From Candidatus Kuenenia stuttgartensis (GTDB lineage Bacteria; Planctomycetota; Planctomycetia; Pirellulales; UBA1268): a stretch of 56,106 bases of DNA. A program made the translations under genes and the position numbers. Positions within the stretch are counted from its first letter, which is position 1, and each line of letters opens with the position of its first letter. The stretch is taken from the NCBI GenBank assembly GCA_943332855.1, contig CALQRA010000003.1:1-56106 (forward strand), in the 5' to 3' direction. The notes beneath the pieces are model-generated. The model was not told the DNA's origin and did not search any database. It saw nothing but the letters and a program-made list of their open reading frames with translations. Below, piece after piece: positions 39,619 through 48,928 of the stretch.

Positions 39619-41181
39619 TCACCCGCGCGAGCGAACAAACGCGATGGCCAGCGCGACCGCGGCGCCGATCCCGGCAAGGAACAAGATCCAAAACAGGATC
39701 GGCAGCCCCTGGAAATGGATGTCAGTCCAGGCGGTCTTGGGCTTCGGCCGCGAAGGCTCCTCGGCGGGAGCGGCCGGCGGGGCCTGCGGGGAAGCCGCAG
39801 GCTTGGCGCGGAGGGGTGGTGATGCTCCGCCGGCCCGCGTCCCCGAGCCCTTCCGTGCCGGGGCCGACGACGTGTCGATGCGTGGCAGGCCCTCGACCCC
39901 GGAACGGTCGGAGCTCTCCTCGCCGGCGCGCCCCGAGTCGGGGAGCGATCCGGAGCCTGGGCCGCTGCCGATCAGCCCCGAGGAGCCGATCGGTCCGGAC
40001 CCACTCTCGGGTCCGCTGCGCACCACCGGGCCGGGTTGCCGGCGTGGCCCCGGCGTGGCTTGGCCCTCGGCGGAGGAACGCCGCGGGGCCCGGCGCGGGG
40101 GATCGATCCGGCCGGAGCGCTGCGGTGCCGGCGTCGAACCGAGCCAGGCGCCCAAGGCGTCGGCGACATCTTGCGCGGTCTGGGGGCGGGCGTCGGGATG
40201 CTTCTCCATCATCCGGAAGTAGAGCTCGGCGATCGCGGTCGGGACGTCTGGCCGTTTCTCGAGGAGATTCGGCGGAGGCTCGTTCATGTGAGCGCGGAGC
40301 CGCTCGGCGAGCGGTCCGGTGGCGAACGGCGCTCTGCCGACAAGGAGAAAGTAGAGGGTGCAGCCGAGGGAGTAGACGTCGCTGCGCCGGTCGGCCTTGT
40401 GGCTGTCGCGGGCCTGTTCCGGCGCCAGGTAATCGGCGGTGCCGAGCACCTTCTCGTCATGCTCGCGCGTCAGGGACGCCCCCTCGTCGCCGTTGGCTAG
40501 GGCCAGCCCCATGTCGAGGATCTTCACCGTCCCCCGCTTGTCGAGCATCAGGTTGGCCGGCTTGATGTCGCGGTGGATGAGCCCCTCGTCGTGGGCGTAC
40601 TGGAGCCCTGTCGCCGCCTGCCGGAGATAGTCCGCCGCCTCGCGGACATCGAGTGGCCCCTCAGCTTTGACCTTGGCGTAGAGATCCATGCCGTCGATGT
40701 ATTCGAGCACGATGAAATGGATCGATCCCGACGACTCAAGGTCGAACGCCCGGGCGATGTTGGGATGGTTGAGCCTGGCGGAGGCCTGCGCCTCCCGCTC
40801 GAAGCGCGCCAGATAGGAGCTCTGGTCGACGCGCTTTACCGGCAGGACCTTGATCGCCACCTTGTGATGGAGGGTGGCGTGTTCGGCGAGGTAAACGCTG
40901 CTCATGCCGCCGGCGCCGAGGAGCCTCAGCAGCTTGTACTTGCCGAGAACGAAGCCCTTGTGGCGCCCCTTGCGGAGCTGATCGACCTGCCACGGCGTCA
41001 GCTGCCCTGACTCGACCAGCACCGTGACGAGCCCCTCCGGGACCGGCTCGCCGCCGAGCGGCCGCCGCCCCTCCGTGTCGGTCCACGGGCTGAGAGCCTG
41101 ATCGATCTTGGCAGGATCGACGAGGCCGCTGGCGCGGAGCACGCGGAGGAAGTCGTCCAGCGTCTGCGAGGAGTCGCTCAT
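39619..41181 (-). CDS. Hanks-type Ser/Thr protein kinase with Pro-rich linker and C-terminal TM anchor
   Basis: 'LGAGGMSSVY', 'VAIK', 'HRDIKPAN', 'DMGLA', 'GTADYLAPE', 'SDVYSLG'; C-terminal hydrophobic helix. Confidence 0.95.
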   Translation of the reverse strand: MSDSSQTLDDFLRVLRASGLVDPAKIDQALSPWTDTEGRRPLGGEPVPEGLVTVLVESGQLTPWQVDQLRKGRHKGFVLGKYKLLRLLGAGGMSSVYLAEHATLHHKVAIKVLPVKRVDQSSYLARFEREAQASARLNHPNIARAFDLESSGSIHFIVLEYIDGMDLYAKVKAEGPLDVREAADYLRQAATGLQYAHDEGLIHRDIKPANLMLDKRGTVKILDMGLALANGDEGASLTREHDEKVLGTADYLAPEQARDSHKADRRSDVYSLGCTLYFLLVGRAPFATGPLAERLRAHMNEPPPNLLEKRPDVPTAIAELYFRMMEKHPDARPQTAQDVADALGAWLGSTPAPQRSGRIDPPRRAPRRSSAEGQATPGPRRQPGPVVRSGPESGSGPIGSSGLIGSGPGSGSLPDSGRAGEESSDRSGVEGLPRIDTSSAPARKGSGTRAGGASPPLRAKPAASPQAPPAAPAEEPSRPKPKTAWTDIHFQGLPILFWILFLAGIGAAVALAIAFVRSRG

Positions 41182-41340
41182 GCCGCAGGGGGGCGGGAGA
41201 AGGGAGTGGAAGAAGACGATATTCTATCAGTCGTGGGTCGGCGTGCCGACTCGCTCCCCTCCCCGCCGGGAGTTCCGGGGGAAGGGCCTGCCAAAGGGCC
41301 ACCCCGGCGGCCGTCCCACGCCCCGGGCATCCGGTTCCCC

Positions 41341-41580
41341 ATGGACGTCGTCCTCTATACCCGCCGCGGCTGCCACCTCTGCGAAGCCGTCGAGGACCTT
41401 CTCTCCCACCATGCTCCCCGGGCCCGGATCGTGGAGATCGGCGGCGACAGTGCCCTCGAGGGTGCGTATGGCCTCCGGGTTCCCGTTGTCACCGTCGACG
41501 GTCGTGCCGTCGCGGAGGGGCGGATCGACGAAGCGTGCTTGATCGTGGCCTTGGCGGCTGCCCTCACAGCCCGAGATTGA
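41341..41580 (+). CDS. Glutaredoxin-like protein (DUF836 type)
   Basis: 'VVLYTRRGCHLCE' (CxxC), 'YGLRVPVVTVDG'. Confidence 0.8.
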   Translation: MDVVLYTRRGCHLCEAVEDLLSHHAPRARIVEIGGDSALEGAYGLRVPVVTVDGRAVAEGRIDEACLIVALAAALTARD

Positions 41581-42199
41581 GGCCGCGGGCTTGGAGGTCG
41601 TCGGCGAGCCGGGCAGCCGTCGTGAACACCTCCGCATCCCAGCCGGCCGCGCGGGCCGCCTCGACATGCTCCGGGACGTCGTCGGTGAAGAAGATCGCCT
41701 CGGGGGGCACGCCTGCCATCCGGGCCGCGATCCCGTAGATCGAAGGATCGGGCTTGAGGGCACCGACCTCGTGCGAGAGGACGAGCACGGAGAACCGGCC
41801 GGGAAGCACCGCGTAGCGCTTGGCGAGGAGATGGTTCCAGTGCGGGGCGCAGGTGTTGGAGAGGATCCCCGTCGGCAAACCGGCCCGCTCGACGGCGGCG
41901 ATCACCGGCAGCATCGCCACGTTGAGGCTGAACATGTCGCTGGCCGCATCAGCGAGCCGCGCCGGGTCGCTCGTCGACCCGGTCGTCCGGCTGAAGGCGT
42001 CGTGGAAGGCCTTCCAATCGATCTCCCCCCGTTCGAGCTTCGCCTGCAGCCCCCCCTCGAAGACGGCGGCGTGGGTCGCCGCGGGGGTGATTCCGGCGAC
42101 CTCTGCCATCTGGCGGACGGCATGTTCGCGGTCGAAATTGACGATCACGTTGCCGAGATCGAAGTAGACGAACTTCGGCGGGCGGAGGTGGGTCGACAT
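41564..42199 (-). CDS. HAD-family phosphatase (YihX-like)
   Basis: 'YFDLGNVI', 'ILSNT', 'SHEVGALKPDPSIY', 'FFTDD..EHVEAARAAG'. Confidence 0.88.
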   Translation of the reverse strand: MSTHLRPPKFVYFDLGNVIVNFDREHAVRQMAEVAGITPAATHAAVFEGGLQAKLERGEIDWKAFHDAFSRTTGSTSDPARLADAASDMFSLNVAMLPVIAAVERAGLPTGILSNTCAPHWNHLLAKRYAVLPGRFSVLVLSHEVGALKPDPSIYGIAARMAGVPPEAIFFTDDVPEHVEAARAAGWDAEVFTTAARLADDLQARGLNLGL

Positions 42200-42329
42200 G
42201 GTGGCGCGGGAGTCTCCGGTCGCTTTCCAACGGGTTTGTGAAAGACTATTCTGCCCGCTCGGCGCCGCTCCGGGCTAGGCCGCTTCGCCCCCTCCGCCGC
42301 GAACACTTCCCCAAGGATCCCTCCGCGCC

Positions 42330-44015
42330 ATGGCCGCCATCAACCGCACCAGTTCCCGGATCACGCAGCCCCGCTCGCAGGGCGCCTCGCAGGCCATGCT
42401 CCTCGGCACCGGCCTCCAGCCGGCCGACCTCGACAAGGCCCAGGTCGGGATCGCGAGCATGTGGTACGACGGGAACACCTGCAACATGCATCTCGGTGAG
42501 CTGGCGGCGGTCGTCAAGGAGGGGGTGACGGCTGCCGGCATGGTGGGGATGCGGTTCAACACCATCGGTGTCAGCGACGGGATCTCGATGGGGACCGACG
42601 GGATGAGCTTCTCGCTCCCCTCCCGCGACATCATCGCCGACTCGATCGAGACGGTGATGCAGGCCCAGTGGTACGACGGCATGGTGGCGATCCCCGGCTG
42701 CGACAAGAACATGCCCGGCTGTCTGATCGCGATGGGACGGCTCAATCGGCCGGCGTTGATGGTGTATGGCGGCACGATCCGGGCCGGCCACCTCGCCGAC
42801 GGCACGCCGCTCGACATCGTCTCGGCCTTCCAGTGCTACGGGGAATACGTCTCCGGGCGGATCGACGACACGCGCCGTGCGAGTGTCGTTCGTCAGGCCT
42901 GCCCCGGCGCCGGTGCCTGCGGCGGCATGTATACCGCCAACACCATGGCCACGGCGATCGAGGCCCTCGGCATGTCGCTTCCCGACAGCGCCAGCATCCC
43001 GGCGGTCGATCCAGCCAAGCTCGACGAATGCCGCCGAGCCGGTGCCGCGGTCAAGAACCTCCTCGAGCGTGACATCAAGCCCCGCGACATCATGACCCGC
43101 CGCGCCTTCGAAAACGCGATCGTGGTGACGATGGCCCTTGGCGGCTCGACGAACGCCGTCCTCCACCTCATCGCCATGGCCCGCGCCGTCGACGTCGAGC
43201 TCACGCCGGCCGACTTCCAGGCCGTCGCCCGCCGCATTCCCTACATCGCCGATTTGAAGCCGAGTGGCCGCTATGTCCAGGAGGATCTCCACGCCGTCGG
43301 CGGCACCAGCGGCTTCATGAAATACATGCTCGACAAGGGGCTCCTCGACGGCGACTGCCTCACCTGCACTGGAAAAACGCTGGCCGAGAACCTTGCCACG
43401 AACAAAGGCCTCACGCCGGGGCAGAAGGTGATCCATCCGCTCGAGGAGCCGATCAAGGCGACCGGCCACATCACGATCCTCCAGGGCAACCTCGCCCCCG
43501 GCACCGCCGTCGGGAAGATCACCGGCAAGGAAGGGGCCCGGTTCGAGGGGCCGGCCCGCGTCTTCGACAGCGAGGAGGCGATGCTCGCCGCCCTCGAGCA
43601 TGGAAAGATCCAGCGTGGCGACGTGATCATCATCCGCTATGAGGGGCCCAAGGGGGGCCCGGGGATGCCCGAGATGCTCACGCCGACCTCGGCCCTGATG
43701 GGCGCCGGCATGGGCAACGATGTGGCGCTGATCACCGACGGCCGCTTCTCCGGCGGCTCCCACGGCTTCATCGTTGGGCATGTCGTGCCAGAGGCGCAGG
43801 AAGGGGGAGCGATCGCGCTGGTCCACGATGGCGACATGGTGACGATCGACGGCGACAGCGGCCGCCTCGATGTTGCCGTCTCCGACGCCGATCTCGCCAA
43901 ACGCCGCGCTGCCTGGACCGCGCCGCCGCTGAAAGCCACGCGTGGGATCCTCGCCAAGTACATCCGCTGCGTCGCCCCGGCAAGCGAGGGCTGCGTCACC
44001 GACGAGCCGCGGTGA
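42330..44015 (+). CDS. ilvD: Dihydroxy-acid dehydratase
   Basis: 'CNMHL', 'VSDGISMG', 'PGCDKNMPG', '[16 protein letters not shown]', '[10 protein letters not shown]', 'GPGMPEML', 'TDGRFSG'. Confidence 0.96.
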   Translation: MAAINRTSSRITQPRSQGASQAMLLGTGLQPADLDKAQVGIASMWYDGNTCNMHLGELAAVVKEGVTAAGMVGMRFNTIGVSDGISMGTDGMSFSLPSRDIIADSIETVMQAQWYDGMVAIPGCDKNMPGCLIAMGRLNRPALMVYGGTIRAGHLADGTPLDIVSAFQCYGEYVSGRIDDTRRASVVRQACPGAGACGGMYTANTMATAIEALGMSLPDSASIPAVDPAKLDECRRAGAAVKNLLERDIKPRDIMTRRAFENAIVVTMALGGSTNAVLHLIAMARAVDVELTPADFQAVARRIPYIADLKPSGRYVQEDLHAVGGTSGFMKYMLDKGLLDGDCLTCTGKTLAENLATNKGLTPGQKVIHPLEEPIKATGHITILQGNLAPGTAVGKITGKEGARFEGPARVFDSEEAMLAALEHGKIQRGDVIIIRYEGPKGGPGMPEMLTPTSALMGAGMGNDVALITDGRFSGGSHGFIVGHVVPEAQEGGAIALVHDGDMVTIDGDSGRLDVAVSDADLAKRRAAWTAPPLKATRGILAKYIRCVAPASEGCVTDEPR

Positions 44016-44201
44016 CGGGGGGCGGGTTTCGCCCAATCTTCAGGATTGCGGTGCTGGGATAAGGCCTGTGGGTGGTTCGTCGGCGGGGCCGGCAAAAGTT
44101 TCGTCGTTTCTCGGAGGACCTCGTCACTCCTCAAGCGTTCGCCGATCCCCGCCTCGCCTGCGCGTTGTCAAGAAGCGGCCCGCTGTGACGCTCTGCAGCG
44201 A

Positions 44202-44333
44202 GGGGTCGCCCGTGTTCCGAGAGCCGGCGTAGGATGCGAGCGCAGCCATGGATGGCGGAGCGAAGCAGGCTCCGAGAGAGCGGCGGCCACGAAGGCCGAC
44301 GCGAACGTCCGGCGACGGGGCACGGGCGACCCC
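44202..44333. mobile_element. MITE-like element A (132 bp, 13-bp perfect terminal inverted repeats)
   Basis: GGGGTCGCCCGTG (44202-14) ... CACGGGCGACCCC (44321-33). Contains GCCATGGATGGC at 44245-56, is homologous to 48929-49064, and is flanked by GA on both sides. Confidence 0.65.
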
Positions 44334-44370
44334 GAAGCCACGCTTGAGCCTGAATCGCTCCCGCCCGAGG

Positions 44371-45555
44371 CTATCTCGGTGCTGGCAGCGGGAGCGACTC
44401 GATCGGCACGGGGGGCCCGGGGGCGACGAGGGCGCCGGGGGGGAGTTGGTCGGGGCGGAGGGGGGCTCCGTAGACCGGGCCTGTCGGCAGCGGGGCGGCA
44501 CTCGTCGTGCTGGCAGCCGGGCCGGGGAGCGTGGCGGGGAGGCCGGTGGCGGGATCGGCGGCTTGGTAGGCGGGGCCGGCCTGTGGCACCGGCGCCACGC
44601 CGAGCCGGCCGAGGATTATGCCGAGCATCTTCTGCTCGAGGAGCGGGTCGCGGCCGAGGGGGATCCAGCCGAGGTTCGGCGTCGGATTGGCGACGGGCCG
44701 CGGCTGGTCGCCGACCTGCTGGCCGAGCGTGGGGAGCGGTGTGCCGTAGCGGTAAAGCGAATCGTCGTTGCGAAACGACGCCCCGCCGGCGGTGGCCCGC
44801 ATCGGCCGGGAAAGGTTTTCGAGCTCCTTGAGCACCACCGTCTCGACCCGCCACCCGGATGGATCGGGGATCAGCCGCATTGAGCCCGAGCGGCGGATCG
44901 ACTGGAGCGTCGATTCGAGCCGCTCACGGAAGCCGACCGAATCGCCGCGCCACGGCTCGAGGAGCGTCGCGCCGGTCTGCGGGTAGGTGTCGATCCGCCC
45001 CTCGGCCGGGATGCCATTGGCAAACACGACGCGCTGCTCCGACTGGATCTTGAAGAAGTCGTCCATCGTATCGACCATCTGCTGCCAGACGACCTCGGCA
45101 TCGAGTGGCGGGATGACGACGCTGTTGCTTTGGGTCAGCGGCGGGCCGGACGCGACCTGGCCACCGGGGCCGATGACCGCGCCGGGGGGGAGCGGCGCGA
45201 AGGGGTCGGGGGACGTTGTCGGCGAGGAGAATCCGGGGAACGGGAAGAGGGGCGTCGGCGGCGGCGGGGGGAGCGGCTGTACGATGCCAGGGAGCGTTCC
45301 GGCCGGCACGGTGGCAGCGGGGGGAACGGCTGGAAGAGGCGAGACCATCGGCGCGGGCAATGTCTGGCCGGGGGCTGGGAGTTGGAGCGTGGGGACGACT
45401 GCGCCGTAGGGAGCGGCGGCGGGGGGAAGCGGCGCCTGGGCCAGGACCGTGGGCGACGCGAGCACCATGGCCGTCATGGCCAGCGCCACGGCGAGCGCAG
45501 GGAGGCGCGGAAGGAAGGCAAACAGCCGGTGGGCGGGGCGTGGCATCGGCGGCAT
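44371..45555 (-). CDS. Secreted Pro-rich hypothetical protein with a conserved-looking core domain
   Basis: Signal peptide and Pro/Ala-rich flanks. The core 'WQQMVDTMDDFFKIQSEQRV...EGRIDTYPQTGATLLEPWRGDS...ERLESTLQSIRR' resembles a planctomycete-type family. Confidence 0.7.
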   Translation of the reverse strand: MPPMPRPAHRLFAFLPRLPALAVALAMTAMVLASPTVLAQAPLPPAAAPYGAVVPTLQLPAPGQTLPAPMVSPLPAVPPAATVPAGTLPGIVQPLPPPPPTPLFPFPGFSSPTTSPDPFAPLPPGAVIGPGGQVASGPPLTQSNSVVIPPLDAEVVWQQMVDTMDDFFKIQSEQRVVFANGIPAEGRIDTYPQTGATLLEPWRGDSVGFRERLESTLQSIRRSGSMRLIPDPSGWRVETVVLKELENLSRPMRATAGGASFRNDDSLYRYGTPLPTLGQQVGDQPRPVANPTPNLGWIPLGRDPLLEQKMLGIILGRLGVAPVPQAGPAYQAADPATGLPATLPGPAASTTSAAPLPTGPVYGAPLRPDQLPPGALVAPGPPVPIESLPLPAPR

Positions 45556-45618
45556 CCCGGATTCGCTGCGGTCTTGTGTCCGCAGGGAGCGGGATCGTCG
45601 CGGCGCGGAGCCTGTGGC

Positions 45619-47823
45619 TCAAGCCCAGTTCCGGCCGCGTCGCCGGCGGATCGCACGGATCGCCAGCGCCATTCCAAACCCGATCGCGCAGATCACACCG
45701 AGGCCCAAGCCGGTGGGCACCCAGACCTTTTCGCGGAAAGCCTCGGCGGGGGTGGAGGCCGAACGTGGCTCCGACTCGAGGACCGGAAACCGGGGCGACG
45801 GGGCGGGCTCGGTTGGATGGGAGAGATCCTGGGGCGACGCTGGCCCGAGCTCGGCCTCGGCCTGCGGCAGTGTTGGCTGCAGAGGCAATTCGCGTTTGGT
45901 CGTCATGTCGCGGACCATTGCTTCACGTTGGCTCCCGTTTCTGATGGCCATCACGACCAGGGGAATGGCCAGAGCCCCCGCGATTGCCGCGATCACCAGA
46001 AGACGCATCGCTCGATAGTCGACGCGCGGGCCGGCCCCGTTCCAGCGATCTGACGGTGGACGGCGCCGATCCTTCTGGCCGAGCGCCTCGCCAAACACCC
46101 CGGCGATGCTGTCGGCGTCGCGACCTCGCCCTCCCCTTCCCTGCCGATGGGCGCGGAGGATGGCGCGGACTTCACCGGCGTCGAGGTTGAGCTCGCGGGC
46201 GATATCGGTGACGGTCTGCTCGCCGAGGAGATCGTGGCCACTGGCCTCGAGCGCCGCGGCCCGGTCGAGCACGCCGTCGAAGCGCGCGTCAGCTGCTGCT
46301 CCTCGTTCGCGAGCGGCCGTCGGCGTCGCCCGCCGGTGCCAGGGAGCGGCATCGGGCAGTGGCGGCGGGGCCGCGGGGCCCATCGGGGGCATGAACCGGA
46401 GATCGGTCGTTGCGCCGGCGGCTGCGGGCAGGCCCGCGAGGGTGGCGGCGGCCGATGCGGCCGAGCGGAACCGCTCGGCGGGATCGGGCTTGAGGAGTCT
46501 GTCGAGCCAGGCGGCGACGTCGGCCGGAAGGTCGGGGCACACCGAACCAATCGGCGGGACCGTCTCGGTCGTGATTTTCCGGAGGAGCTTGAGGGGGCTC
46601 GAGGCCGACAGCGGCGGATGACCGGTGAGCATTTCGTGGAGCGTGGCGCCAAGGCTGTAGAGATCGCTCGACGGAGTGGCCTCGTCGCCGAGGGCGACTT
46701 CCGGCGCGAGGTAGGTGAGCGTGCCGAGGAGCGAGCCCGAGGCGGTGAGCGTGTGCTGTCGATCGGGGCTGCGGGCGAGGCCGAAATCGGTGAGCTTGTA
46801 GGTGCCGGCGGCGGGGCCGGTCGTGGCGAGGAGAATGTTTGCCGGCTTGATGTCGCGGTGGACGATCCCCGCCGCGTGGGCGGTGGCGAGCCCGTCGAGG
46901 ACCTGCAGCGCGCAGTCGATCACCGTCGCCGCCGGGATCGCCCCCCTCCCCTTCACCATCTGCTGGAGGCTCGCCCCCGGCACGAGCTCCATCGCCAGGA
47001 ATGGCAGCCTGGCGGCCGGGTCGAACTCATAGATCTGGACGATGTGGGGAGAGGCGAGCGACGCAGCAGCGCGGGCCTCTTCGCCGAAGCGGCCAAGCGC
47101 CCCCGCATCCTCCCCCGGCAGCGGTCGAATCACTTTCACAGCAGCGTCGCGGTGCAGCGCCTCGTCGCGGCCGCGGTAGACCGTCCCCATGCCGCCGCGA
47201 CCGAGCTCGCCAACGATCCGGTAGCGGCCGATGCGTTGCGGGCCGGGGCCCGGGGCGCTCCATGAAGCGGCTCGGTCGAAAGCCCCCGGCACATCGTGGC
47301 GGATCTCGTCAAGCGAGCGGGCGAAACGGCCAAGCGACCGCCGGGCATGATCGGTGTGGAGGAAAGCGGCCAGGCAATAAAGAATCAAACCGGGGGCGAC
47401 GCCGGTGAACAGCGTGGCCAAGACGACGAGGAGTCGGACCGGAGCCACCGGCACATCGAGCCGGGCCGCGAGTCTCCGGCAGACGCCGAGGAGGACGGGC
47501 CCGCGATCGGTCGTAGCGAAGCCTGGAGAGGAGTCTTCGGGGGGGCTGTCAGACCACGACATCACCACCCCCGCGGCAAGATAAAGGAGCACGCCGGGGA
47601 GGATCCCCGTGAACAGCGTGATCAGCGCGACGAGGAACCGGACGCCACGCACGGGGACGTCGAGGCTTCTCGCCAGACGCGCGCAGACGCCGAGGAAGCA
47701 CGAACTCCGTGACGGCGCCAGCGCGACGCCCGCGAGGGCCATCGCCACGGTGGAGATCACCCCGAACGACATCAGGGTGATCGCCCCGACGCCGAAGAGA
47801 ACGAGAAGCTCGAGGATTCCCAT
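45619..47823 (-). CDS. PspC-PspC-Ser/Thr kinase fusion membrane protein
   Basis: Two PspC-like repeats ('FLGVCARLARSLDVPVRGVRFL...PGVLLYL', 'LLGVCRRLAARLDVPVAPVRLL...PGLILYC'), an intact Hanks kinase (GRGGMG, AVK, HRDIKPAN, DFG, APE, SDLYSLG), then two further hydrophobic helices. Confidence 0.88.
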   Translation of the reverse strand: MGILELLVLFGVGAITLMSFGVISTVAMALAGVALAPSRSSCFLGVCARLARSLDVPVRGVRFLVALITLFTGILPGVLLYLAAGVVMSWSDSPPEDSSPGFATTDRGPVLLGVCRRLAARLDVPVAPVRLLVVLATLFTGVAPGLILYCLAAFLHTDHARRSLGRFARSLDEIRHDVPGAFDRAASWSAPGPGPQRIGRYRIVGELGRGGMGTVYRGRDEALHRDAAVKVIRPLPGEDAGALGRFGEEARAAASLASPHIVQIYEFDPAARLPFLAMELVPGASLQQMVKGRGAIPAATVIDCALQVLDGLATAHAAGIVHRDIKPANILLATTGPAAGTYKLTDFGLARSPDRQHTLTASGSLLGTLTYLAPEVALGDEATPSSDLYSLGATLHEMLTGHPPLSASSPLKLLRKITTETVPPIGSVCPDLPADVAAWLDRLLKPDPAERFRSAASAAATLAGLPAAAGATTDLRFMPPMGPAAPPPLPDAAPWHRRATPTAARERGAAADARFDGVLDRAAALEASGHDLLGEQTVTDIARELNLDAGEVRAILRAHRQGRGGRGRDADSIAGVFGEALGQKDRRRPPSDRWNGAGPRVDYRAMRLLVIAAIAGALAIPLVVMAIRNGSQREAMVRDMTTKRELPLQPTLPQAEAELGPASPQDLSHPTEPAPSPRFPVLESEPRSASTPAEAFREKVWVPTGLGLGVICAIGFGMALAIRAIRRRRGRNWA

Positions 47824-47824
47824 G

Positions 47825-48100
47825 TCAGATGCGATCCGTGGTGGCGGGGAGGACGCAGCCGAGGATCAGATACGCCACGAGCCCCGGGCCGATGCCCGAG
47901 AGAAAAATCGCCGCCACGGCGAGGATCCGGACGGCGAGCACCGGCAGCCCCTGCCGGCGGGCCAGCCGCCAGCAGACGCCGAGGCAGCGGGGCCCGGGGC
48001 GCGACGGCCAGGCCGACAGAAGCGCGGGCAGGACGATCGCCGCCACCGCCGCGTAGACGACGATCTCGAAGAAGCCGAACATGCCGAGGAGCGGAGTCAT
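47825..48100 (-). CDS. pspC: PspC-domain membrane protein
   Basis: N-terminal TM helix, then 'CLGVCWRLARRQGLPVLAVRILAV...GIGPGLVAYLILGCVLP'; lies between pspA and the kinase. Confidence 0.75.
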   Translation of the reverse strand: MTPLLGMFGFFEIVVYAAVAAIVLPALLSAWPSRPGPRCLGVCWRLARRQGLPVLAVRILAVAAIFLSGIGPGLVAYLILGCVLPATTDRI

Positions 48101-48157
48101 GGGAGCCTCGTGAAGAGAGGGTGAGCGGAAGGGTTTGGCAGGGAATCGCGGCGCCGG

Positions 48158-48829
48158 TCAGTTCGCCGCCGGTCGCCGCGGTTCCCGCTTCAGCCGAGCC
48201 AATTCCTCCTCGATCGCGTCTGATTCCTTGAGGGCCGCAAACGCCTCCTCGAGCGACGGCTTCTGAAGATCGGGATCGATCTCCTGAAAAGCCTCCATCC
48301 GCTCGATCCGCTGCTCGAGCTGGTCGAACTTCGTCACCGCATCGTACCGGGTGACGCGCTCGATCACTCCCCGGGTGCGCTCGTGCGTCTTGGCACGCTT
48401 GTGCCTCTGGACGAGGAGCCGGTGACGCTGACGGGCATCGACGAGCTTCGCCTCGACCGCGCCGATGTCCTCCTTGTAGCGGGCGACGACCTCGTCACAG
48501 CCAGACACCTCCTTGGCATGGGCGTCGCGGAGTTCCTCGAGCCGGCGCCGCTCGCGGATCGCCTCCCGGGCGAGGTCTTCGCGCCCTTTCTCGATCGCGA
48601 GCCGCGCCCGCTCTTCCCAGGTGGCTGTTCCTGACTCGGCCGTGGCCACGGCCCGCTCGGCCCGCTTCCGGGCGGCGATAGCGCCGGCGCAGTTGGCCTT
48701 CACCTCAACGAGCGTGTCTTCCATCTCCTGGATCATCAGCCGGATCAGCTTGTCGGGATCCTCGGCCGCGTCGAGCATCGAATTGAGGTTGGAGTTGATG
48801 ATGTCCTTGAGTCGCGTGAAGACACCCAT
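48158..48829 (-). CDS. pspA: Phage shock protein A (PspA/IM30)
   Basis: 'MGVFTRLKDIINSNLNSMLDAAEDPDKLIRLMIQEMEDTLVEVK', 'KGREDLAREA', 'KFDQLEQRIERME', 'IEEELARLK'. Confidence 0.95.
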   Translation of the reverse strand: MGVFTRLKDIINSNLNSMLDAAEDPDKLIRLMIQEMEDTLVEVKANCAGAIAARKRAERAVATAESGTATWEERARLAIEKGREDLAREAIRERRRLEELRDAHAKEVSGCDEVVARYKEDIGAVEAKLVDARQRHRLLVQRHKRAKTHERTRGVIERVTRYDAVTKFDQLEQRIERMEAFQEIDPDLQKPSLEEAFAALKESDAIEEELARLKREPRRPAAN

Positions 48830-48876
48830 GGGAAAGGCTCCTGGCCAAGGGGGGGTGGGTTGATGGACGGATGAGA

Positions 48877-48893
48877 TGCACGTGGCGTGCCGA
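48877..48893 (-). promoter_or_regulatory. Sigma54 (-24/-12) promoter of pspA
   Basis: Minus strand TCGGCACGCCACGTGCA = GG-N10-GC, close to the consensus TGGCACG-N4-TTGC; 48 nt above the pspA ATG and adjacent to a divergent bEBP gene. Confidence 0.85.
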
Positions 48894-48928
48894 AGGCGTG
48901 TCGGGGAGTCGCTGTCTGGCGGACGGTC

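Noticed and set aside
39619-41181. DMG instead of DFG in the first kinase as a sign of a pseudokinase
   Set aside because: The catalytic Asp, Lys and HRD are intact, and variation at the middle DFG position is common in bacterial Hanks kinases.
44046-44883. Plus-strand ORFs 44046..44831 and 44248..44883 as a transposase for the MITE-like element
   Set aside because: No DDE or HUH motifs; low-complexity shadows of the minus-strand gene.
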